From a virus (Duplodnaviria; Caudoviricetes): 64,000 bases of DNA. The position numbers and the translations under genes were made by a program. Where the stretch lies: positions 1 through 64,000 of the IMG/VR virus record IMGVR_UViG_2921119228_000004. One strand, 5' to 3'. Positions 49,470 through 56,608 of the stretch are shown one piece after another. Positions within the stretch are counted from its first letter, which is position 1, and each line of letters begins with the position of its first letter. The notes under the pieces were generated by a model. The model ran no database searches. It was not told the origin of the DNA and saw nothing but the letters and a program-made list of their open reading frames with translations.

Positions 49470-49487
49470 TATTAAAATTTACCAATT

Positions 49488-49919
49488 ATGAAACTTGTAA
49501 TATACAATAAAGAAAACAGCCAGCCAGTAGGACAACGCAACGGAGAAAGGACTTTGAGATTTAATCGTGAAAATGGTATGATCTACATTTCTAAGTCTTT
49601 TGCTGCTGAATTAGGCATTAAGGATATAGATAAAGTTCAGTTTGCCAATGATGAAGAAAATACAAAGGACTGGTTTATTTGCAAAACCGATAGCGAACAA
49701 GGTTTTTCTATCAAGTACGACAAAGGCGGTATTCGCTTTATGAATAAGTTCCTAAGTAATAAGATACTTGATTGTGCAAAAGTAAAGGATAACGCTTCCT
49801 TCCTTATGGAGAAGGAGCCTATTACAGTCGATGGTACTAAGTATTTTAAGATAATGCTTTCTTCTCCCATAATTGTAAAGCGTTCACCGAGTAAAAAGGC
49901 AACTATAGATAAACGCTAA
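49488..49919 (+). CDS. Hypothetical protein
   Basis: 143 aa in the operon. Confidence 0.65.
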   Translation: MKLVIYNKENSQPVGQRNGERTLRFNRENGMIYISKSFAAELGIKDIDKVQFANDEENTKDWFICKTDSEQGFSIKYDKGGIRFMNKFLSNKILDCAKVKDNASFLMEKEPITVDGTKYFKIMLSSPIIVKRSPSKKATIDKR

Positions 49920-49930
49920 ATAGAAAAGGT

Positions 49931-50137
49931 ATGAATACATTTTACATGGTATTTGTGGAAGGGTGTGCTACCCCAGCTTGCAAACATGATAGCTTGGATA
50001 GTGCGGAAAAAGAAGCGAAAAGGCTTGCAACTCTTTTAAAAAAGAAAGCATACGTTTTGTGTACTATAAAATCAGTTGAAGATACTCAATACAAAATTGA
50101 GGATTGCCGACCTGGTGAAAGTGATTTACCATTTTAA
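49931..50137 (+). CDS. Hypothetical protein
   Basis: 68 aa in the operon. Confidence 0.6.
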   Translation: MNTFYMVFVEGCATPACKHDSLDSAEKEAKRLATLLKKKAYVLCTIKSVEDTQYKIEDCRPGESDLPF

Positions 50138-50149
50138 TTTATATGGAAA

Positions 50150-51222
50150 ATGCAAAAACATAAATTCCCCTATAATTGGAGGCTTTCAGAAGCCAAATTC
50201 ACGAAAGATAAAGGCAAAGTGTTCTCTTGTTTTGCGTGTGGTGGTGGCTCTACAATGGGTTACAAGTTAGCCGGATTTGATGTAATTGGCTGCAATGAGA
50301 TAGACGCAAAGGTTAATCGGTGTTATGTGGCTAACCACTCACCCCGATATAATTTTTTGGAAGATATACGAACATTGAGAGAGAGAGAGAGAGAGAGCTA
50401 CCGCCCGATCTTTACAATTTGGATATTTTGGACGGTTCTCCCCCATGCTCCACCTTCTCCATTGCCGGAAATCGTGAAAAGGATTGGGGTAAAGAAAAGA
50501 AATTCAGAGAGGGGCAATCTGCACAAGTTCTTGATACGCTTTTCTTTGATTTCATAGCTTTAGCAAGGGTATTACAACCAAAAGTTGTAGTAGCCGAAAA
50601 TGTGAAAGGTTTACTTATGGGAAGTGCAATAGACTATGTTAGGCGCATATATAAAGATTTTGATAACGCTGGCTATTATTGTCAGCATTTCCTTCTTGAT
50701 GCGTCAAAAATGGGTGTTCCTCAGAAAAGAGAACGGATCTTCTTTATTTGCATTAGACATGATTTAGGGATCAATTTTTTGAAGGTATCTAATCTGTTTA
50801 ACGTAGAGCCATATATAAACATGGAGTTTAACGAGGATCCTATAGTATATGGTGCTTTTGCGGATTATAAAGGAAGAGCCTATGAAGGCAGAATGAGAGA
50901 ACTTTTTGAACTCAGGGAACAAGGGGATATAGCACTATCGGAAGCCTATAAAAAACTCACTGGTAAACGTGGCTTTTTTAACCAGCAGTTCTGTTATGAA
51001 GATAGAGTTTGTTATACATTGTCTGCACACCTGGATTCATTGATACCATTTAAGCAGCCCGTCTATCTATCCACTTCTGAGGTATGTAATATATCCACGT
51101 TCCCACAAGATTATAATTTTTGTGGTTTATCGCCACACTACATTTGTGGTATGAGTGTTCCACCCGTAATGATGGCTCAGATAGCCACACGTATTTATGA
51201 ACAATGGTTGTCGAAATTATGA
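50150..51222 (+). CDS. DNA (cytosine-5) methyltransferase, frameshifted (phase OFF) at an (AG)10 tract
   Basis: Motif I FACGGGS in the first frame; GSPPC (IV), AENVKG (VI), QKRER (VIII) in the second; removing one AG gives a continuous 356-aa ORF. Confidence 0.9.
50377..50397. repeat. G(AG)10 dinucleotide microsatellite
   Basis: Read directly from the sequence; lies inside the MTase coding region. Confidence 0.95.
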
Positions 51223-51404
51223 AAGGAATAACTAAAGCAGCAAAGCAAGCCAACGGACGAAGCCAGGCTTGCACTACGTGTCCTCTAAATCGAAGTAGAG
51301 GTGTTTGTTTACCCGAAATACAAAGGGTTTGCTCAGATGCGTTTGTAGAAGGATTTAAAAAAGGTGTAAAATGGCTGCAAAAGCAGCAGGAAAACAACTG
51401 TTGA
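51204..51404 (+). CDS. Small Cys-containing hypothetical protein
   Basis: CTTCP...C...C; true start may be MKGITK. Confidence 0.55.
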   Translation: MVVEIMKGITKAAKQANGRSQACTTCPLNRSRGVCLPEIQRVCSDAFVEGFKKGVKWLQKQQENNC

Positions 51405-51405
51405 A

Positions 51406-51930
51406 ATGGCACAAGAAAGCATAGACTACTTTATACAGATGGCAAAGGACTACGCCAAAGCTAAAAAGGATTTAGAGGTTCAGCATTGGGTTTTTGTGAA
51501 TTTCGAGCGCAAAGATGAAAGTAATAACTATGTACGCTTATTCAGTTACGATTTACCACGTGAAGTTTACGAACATAGAAAGTGGGTAGTAGAATGGAGA
51601 AAGGCAAAACTTGTTTGCCAATATCCAAAAGGGTGTGTACGATACACGTTGCATTTCTATGATAAGCGTTTGGGTAACAACATACAACTGAATAAGGATT
51701 TGAATCGGCTTATATCGGCAAAGGCTCAGGTTACAAAGGCTCAACGCAATATTGATAAATATGTAGCCTACAATAAGGCTCATAATCTGTTTTTCGATGA
51801 GAGTACCGATACGGATTTATTGAAAGCTCGTGAGAAACTTGAAGCTAAAATAATCAACGTAAAGGAGGCAGAAGAAAGAATGAGATTAAAAATCAAACAA
51901 ATACAGGAGGGAAGAAATGACAAAAATTAA
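51406..51930 (+). CDS. Hypothetical protein
   Basis: 174 aa with C-terminal coiled coil. Confidence 0.65.
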   Translation: MAQESIDYFIQMAKDYAKAKKDLEVQHWVFVNFERKDESNNYVRLFSYDLPREVYEHRKWVVEWRKAKLVCQYPKGCVRYTLHFYDKRLGNNIQLNKDLNRLISAKAQVTKAQRNIDKYVAYNKAHNLFFDESTDTDLLKAREKLEAKIINVKEAEERMRLKIKQIQEGRNDKN

Positions 51931-52387
51931 ATTGAATTGGACATACGCCAAAGGTGAGTTAGATACTGATACATTGAAACTTATTTGCCTACCAGCACGA
52001 GGTAAACGCTCGTTTGGTGCGGATGAATTGGATGCAGAACTTTGTATAAAGGACGGGATGAATTACCAAATAGCCGAAATTCATTTAGGCGATGTGGAAA
52101 GCTCAAACATTCTTTGTGAAGAAATCGCAAGACGGTTTAATGAATTTGAGAACTGGCACGAGTGTAAAGATGATACGGAAGCTATGCCAGAAATAGGAAC
52201 AAATTGCATCCTTCGTGTGGAATATCAGAATTTAGATGATGGCGAATGGTACACTGATTACTTAACATCTACTTGGGGAAAATTTGGTTGGGCAGAAGAC
52301 TATTTGGAACGAATAGCAGACATTGCCAATGAATATAGGATAACCCACTGGAAACCCATAAACAAACCGAAAGGAGTTGAAGAATGA
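51917..52387 (+). CDS. Hypothetical phage protein
   Basis: 156 aa; MPE...ITHWKPI pattern typical of small phage proteins. Confidence 0.65.
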   Translation: MTKIKLNWTYAKGELDTDTLKLICLPARGKRSFGADELDAELCIKDGMNYQIAEIHLGDVESSNILCEEIARRFNEFENWHECKDDTEAMPEIGTNCILRVEYQNLDDGEWYTDYLTSTWGKFGWAEDYLERIADIANEYRITHWKPINKPKGVEE

Positions 52388-52623
52388 GAAAGTTACGTGC
52401 AATATGGAATATCATTAAGGCTAACAAATGGGCGGTGTTCACGTATGAAGAAGCCCCCAATGATCCTGAATGGGCTACATTCCCATTTTTTCGATGGAAT
52501 GTATCAGAGAAAGATTTAGGCTTTTTTCGACTTATAAGAGAACGATTGTTTAGTATTGAGGAATATAATACTTCAACAGTACATAATAAGAAAGTCTATG
52601 ATTATGAAAAGAGAACAGATTGA
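52384..52623 (+). CDS. Hypothetical protein
   Basis: 79 aa, ATGA overlap. Confidence 0.55.
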   Translation: MRKLRAIWNIIKANKWAVFTYEEAPNDPEWATFPFFRWNVSEKDLGFFRLIRERLFSIEEYNTSTVHNKKVYDYEKRTD

Positions 52624-52704
52624 AATGCACCTTACTTTACTAAGTAAAAAGAAGTAGCATTTTATTTGTTATACTTAATAGAATAAACTATATTTGTATT
52701 TGAC

Positions 52705-53892
52705 ATGAGAATAATTAGAACACATTCAGGAAAGGAAGTCAAGATCTTTGCTGAAACTTTTGAGAACGAAGCATACGATCAGATTAAGAGGCTGGCTAAT
52801 TATCCTGCCTATGAAAACTCTATTATACGAATAATGCCGGATAGCCATGCTGGTAAGGGGTGTACTGTAGGTACTACAATGACAATAACCGATAAAGTAA
52901 CGCCAAACTTGGTAGGTGTTGATATTGGTTGCGGTATGCTTACTGTAGAATTGGCAGATCAATATATAGACTGTGAGAAATTGGATTCCGTTATAAGGGA
53001 AATGGTTCCCAATGGGTTTAATATACATGATACTCAAAAGGCAAATTTTGATTTTTCAAACCTACGATGTGCGAAGCAAGTAGATTTAAATAGAGCTTAT
53101 CTCTCACTCGGTACACTTGGAGGCGGTAATCATTTTATAGAGGTGGACTATTCAGAAAGAAACCATAGGTACTATTTGGTTATTCACTCTGGTAGTAGAA
53201 AGTTGGGAGGCGATGTTTGTAAACACTATCAAAATTTGGCTGCAAATACAGAAAGCGATCGGGCGATTGAAGTACGCAATACTATTGCCAGATTGAAAGC
53301 AGAAGGCAGGGAAAGGGATATTCAGGAAGCGATTAAGAATATTTCAATTCCTGGTAAGAACAAAGAGCTGGCACATCTTTCAGGTGGTGATTTTCACGAC
53401 TATATTAATGACATGGCAATAGTGCAACGTTTTGCTGTACTTAATCGTGCTACTATGGCAGCGATTATCATTAAGGGGATGGGATTTACTGAGGTAAATA
53501 GATTTGAAACCATACACAACTATATTGATTTTAGCCGTATGATCCTTAGAAAAGGTGCTGTGAGTGCTGAATTAGGCGAGAAGCTATTAATACCTATAAA
53601 TATGCGTGATGGTTCCCTTATCTGTGTTGGGAAAGGAAACCTGGACTGGAACTATTCAGCCCCACATGGAGCCGGACGTTTGATGAGTAGGAGTAAAGCA
53701 AAGGAGTTACTTAGTATGGAGGAATACCAAGAATCTATGAACGGAATATATACCACTTCTGTAAGTAGAGCGACAATAGATGAAGCCCCACAAGCGTATA
53801 AGTCTATGGAAGAGATTAAAAATGCTATCACTGATACAGTTGAGATCATTGATACGATAAAGCCAATATATAATTTTAAAGCATCAGATTAG
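52705..53892 (+). CDS. rtcB: RtcB-family RNA 3'-phosphate/5'-OH ligase
   Basis: MPDSHAGKG, VGVDIGCGM, GGGNHF, HSGSR, HNY, RKGA, PHGAGR, DEAPQAYK. Confidence 0.93.
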   Translation: MRIIRTHSGKEVKIFAETFENEAYDQIKRLANYPAYENSIIRIMPDSHAGKGCTVGTTMTITDKVTPNLVGVDIGCGMLTVELADQYIDCEKLDSVIREMVPNGFNIHDTQKANFDFSNLRCAKQVDLNRAYLSLGTLGGGNHFIEVDYSERNHRYYLVIHSGSRKLGGDVCKHYQNLAANTESDRAIEVRNTIARLKAEGRERDIQEAIKNISIPGKNKELAHLSGGDFHDYINDMAIVQRFAVLNRATMAAIIIKGMGFTEVNRFETIHNYIDFSRMILRKGAVSAELGEKLLIPINMRDGSLICVGKGNLDWNYSAPHGAGRLMSRSKAKELLSMEEYQESMNGIYTTSVSRATIDEAPQAYKSMEEIKNAITDTVEIIDTIKPIYNFKASD

Positions 53893-53905
53893 AACGCTTT
53901 AATAA

Positions 53906-54163
53906 ATGGAATGGATTATGAAGTTACCGAAAGTTATTCATGTAGAATTGAGAGAGCCGTACAATGGAAAAAGACACTTCTATTTTGGATCTATTGCTGC
54001 GATCTTTGACGAGCTTTCAGAGGAACAAATAGGTATCAAGAAAGAAAGTCTTTGGAATGTAGATCTAAGTCGGGTTGAGTATCAAAACAAGTATTGTACA
54101 ATCCGTATGGGCGTGCTTATAAGGAAGAAAACATTTAGAGGTAATACTAAAATTGGAGGTTAA
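53906..54163 (+). CDS. Hypothetical protein
   Basis: 85 aa between rtcB and the ARH gene. Confidence 0.6.
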   Translation: MEWIMKLPKVIHVELREPYNGKRHFYFGSIAAIFDELSEEQIGIKKESLWNVDLSRVEYQNKYCTIRMGVLIRKKTFRGNTKIGG

Positions 54164-54929
54164 TATGTTAGGTGCAATAATAGGCGATATTGTAGGCTCA
54201 CGGTTTGAGTTTAACAATACAGATAACTATAACTTTGAGTTGTTTACGGAAGAAAGCACTTTTACAGATGATACGATTTGTACTATTGCTATTGCGGACG
54301 CTATCAACAATGGGGAACACTACGAAGATACGTTACTGAAATGGTGTAGAAAATATCCAAACCCTAAAGGAGCATACGGAAGCAGCTTTGCACGTTGGAT
54401 AGCCTCAGATACACCACAACCATATAATAGCTTCGGTAACGGTTCTGCAATGAGGGTTAGCCCCGTAGCTTGGTTCTTTGACGACTTATATAGAGTGAAG
54501 AAAGAAGCGGAAGAAACCGCTATCGTAACCCATAACCACCCGGAAGGCATAAAAGGAGCTGTAGCGATTGCGCACGCTATTTACTATTTGCGTACTACCA
54601 AAAACCTATCCGGGCTTGAAAACGAAATGCAAACGTACTATCCTATGTTTATGATCGGAAACTATTACTCTGGAGTATTTGATGAAACTTGCCAGGGAAC
54701 TGTACCTATTTGCCTGAAAATTATCATTTCCAGTAATTCTTTTGAGGATGCAATAAGGAAGGCTATTTCGTGGGGAGGTGATAGCGACACTATCGGTGCT
54801 ATTGTAGGATCTATGGCAGCAGCTATCTATGAGATCCCTAAAGAAATAGTAGATCATGTATTCAATTTGTTGCCTATTGATATGCTTGATGTTATAGGTA
54901 ACTTCTATCATAACTTAAACAATAAATAA
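54153..54929 (+). CDS. ADP-ribosylglycohydrolase (DraG/ARH family)
   Basis: GAIIGDIVGS, FTDDT, SFGNGSAMR, THNHP, GGDSDT. Confidence 0.9.
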   Translation: MEVNMLGAIIGDIVGSRFEFNNTDNYNFELFTEESTFTDDTICTIAIADAINNGEHYEDTLLKWCRKYPNPKGAYGSSFARWIASDTPQPYNSFGNGSAMRVSPVAWFFDDLYRVKKEAEETAIVTHNHPEGIKGAVAIAHAIYYLRTTKNLSGLENEMQTYYPMFMIGNYYSGVFDETCQGTVPICLKIIISSNSFEDAIRKAISWGGDSDTIGAIVGSMAAAIYEIPKEIVDHVFNLLPIDMLDVIGNFYHNLNNK

Positions 54930-54930
54930 G

Positions 54931-55251
54931 ATGGCTGATAACTGGAACAAAGCCGGATTCTTTTCTGGCATAACGGAAGATTATTCAAATTACCATTGGT
55001 ACAAAGGAGAAAAAGAGAATCCGTATAAAAGTGATACTTTTCACCCTTTGGCAGCTTCTTTTTGGGAGTATGAGAAGGAGTTTCATTATTCCTACTTGGA
55101 TGCTTGCGACACAAAAAAGCCTTTAGATGAAGCGTACAAGGAATGGAAAGAGCAACTATTATCAGAGCATTTACCAGGTAAAAGCCCGAATCCAGAAGGA
55201 GATACAACCAACTGGGAAAAATCGTTTGAAACAGGTAAGAGGGAGGTGTAA
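54931..55251 (+). CDS. Aromatic-rich hypothetical protein
   Basis: 106 aa, 1 nt after the ARH stop. Confidence 0.65.
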   Translation: MADNWNKAGFFSGITEDYSNYHWYKGEKENPYKSDTFHPLAASFWEYEKEFHYSYLDACDTKKPLDEAYKEWKEQLLSEHLPGKSPNPEGDTTNWEKSFETGKREV

Positions 55252-55267
55252 AGCCTTCCTCTTTTTT
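55237..55267 (+). terminator. Rho-independent terminator
   Basis: 10-bp stem AAGAGGGAGG/CCTTCCTCTT followed by a T run. Confidence 0.7.
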
Positions 55268-55377
55268 GTGTCGTGCCTAAATTAATAACATAAACGGATT
55301 AATTTTCTCATAAATAGCACTATATTTGCAGTTAGAAATAAAATATGAACTAATATAGCATTGGCTATTGTTGCGAG

Positions 55378-55495
55378 GATCAAGAAAACGACCAAAATTT
55401 CAAACAGCCCTCAGAAACAATGTGCTAATGCCTGCGCTATGGCGTGGGCATTACTCTTGTATGGGCTGTTGGGTACTTGGTCGTCCCTCTTGATC
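55378..55495 (+). ncRNA. Long multi-stem hairpin leader
   Basis: GATCAAGA/TCTTGATC, ACGACCAA/TTGGTCGT, AACAGCCC/GGGCTGTT, TAATGCC/GGCATTA nested; -7 box TATATTTG at 55321-55328. Confidence 0.55.
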
Positions 55496-55574
55496 GTGCA
55501 GAGTAAGCCCACGTTTTTTTGTGGGTTTATGGGTAGCCATTTTTAATGGATTATTAACCTATAAATTGCACGAT

Positions 55575-56078
55575 ATGAAAAATTTATTCTTATTTTTAAT
55601 GTGTCTTATAACTTGTAACTCTATTCATGCTCAAAAAATTGTCAAAGACGAAATAGATGAGTTTACAGGTAATCGAATAACTGAAACAAATTACATTAGC
55701 TTTAGTGATGGTTTTACTTGCGCTTTGCATAAAGTTAATAATACAATACTTTTAAAGACTACCTATAATTGCGGTGATAAAGTTTATAGCATGGAAAAAG
55801 GAGCCGATTTAATGCTCAAATTAGAAAATGATAGTATCATTACATTAAACAACGAAGAGGATGCCGTTGCTGAATATTGGAGTCTAAATCTTGGAAAAAC
55901 CTTTATTGAGCATTTTAATCTTAAAACAAGATATATTATTCCAGATGAAGTATATACTTTGTTGAAAACGAATAAAATTCGGACGGTTAGATTTTACACT
56001 ACAGATGGCTATATAACTGAAACTGTATCAGAAAAACGAGCAAAAAAAATACTGAAGCTATTTAGTTTGTTGAAGTAA
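55575..56078 (+). CDS. Exported protein with signal peptide (moron)
   Basis: MKNLFLFLMCLITCNSIHAQ signal peptide; own promoter and terminator. Confidence 0.7.
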   Translation: MKNLFLFLMCLITCNSIHAQKIVKDEIDEFTGNRITETNYISFSDGFTCALHKVNNTILLKTTYNCGDKVYSMEKGADLMLKLENDSIITLNNEEDAVAEYWSLNLGKTFIEHFNLKTRYIIPDEVYTLLKTNKIRTVRFYTTDGYITETVSEKRAKKILKLFSLLK

Positions 56079-56131
56079 AATTGTATGTTTTCATCTGTTG
56101 AGAGCTGATGATAGCTGCTTTAAGGCAGTTC

Positions 56132-56166
56132 AGAGCCATTGCCAGCGTTGGTAATGGCTCTTTATG
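56132..56166 (+). terminator. Rho-independent terminator
   Basis: 13-bp stem AGAGCCATTGCCA/TGGTAATGGCTCT (one G-U) plus T-rich tail. Confidence 0.7.
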
Positions 56167-56244
56167 TTTTTAGGCATTGTTTAAAATCTTGCTATATATA
56201 ATAATTATAACCATATTTGCACACATAATCAAAATTTTATCATT

Positions 56245-56580
56245 ATGAATATTCAAGATTGTTATTGTAATACGTGCAAGCGTCATTTGCCGTACTATGA
56301 TGCACAGCGCAATAAATGGAAATGCCCTACTTGTGGTAATCCTGCATTCCTAAAAGTATTAGGCAAAGATCAATACTTTTTTCAATGCAGATATATTCCT
56401 ATAGAAGATATGAAGTATGGAGATCTAATAGTCATAGATCCATTACATGATTTTACCCCCAGTATTCTAAATATAGAGGTAATAGGGAATCAATATTTTG
56501 TAGCATTAAAAGGATATAGGCGTGTTAGTTATGATAAAGGCACATTAGTTCCCATTGTTGATGGTTGTTGGGGATGGTAA
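56245..56580 (+). CDS. Zn-ribbon protein
   Basis: CNTC...CPTC. Confidence 0.6.
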   Translation: MNIQDCYCNTCKRHLPYYDAQRNKWKCPTCGNPAFLKVLGKDQYFFQCRYIPIEDMKYGDLIVIDPLHDFTPSILNIEVIGNQYFVALKGYRRVSYDKGTLVPIVDGCWGW

Positions 56581-56585
56581 TTATT

Positions 56586-56608
56586 AAGGTAGCTCAATAG
56601 GCTACCTT
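56586..56608. terminator. Hairpin between convergent genes
   Basis: AAGGTAGC/GCTACCTT 8-bp stem. Confidence 0.45.
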
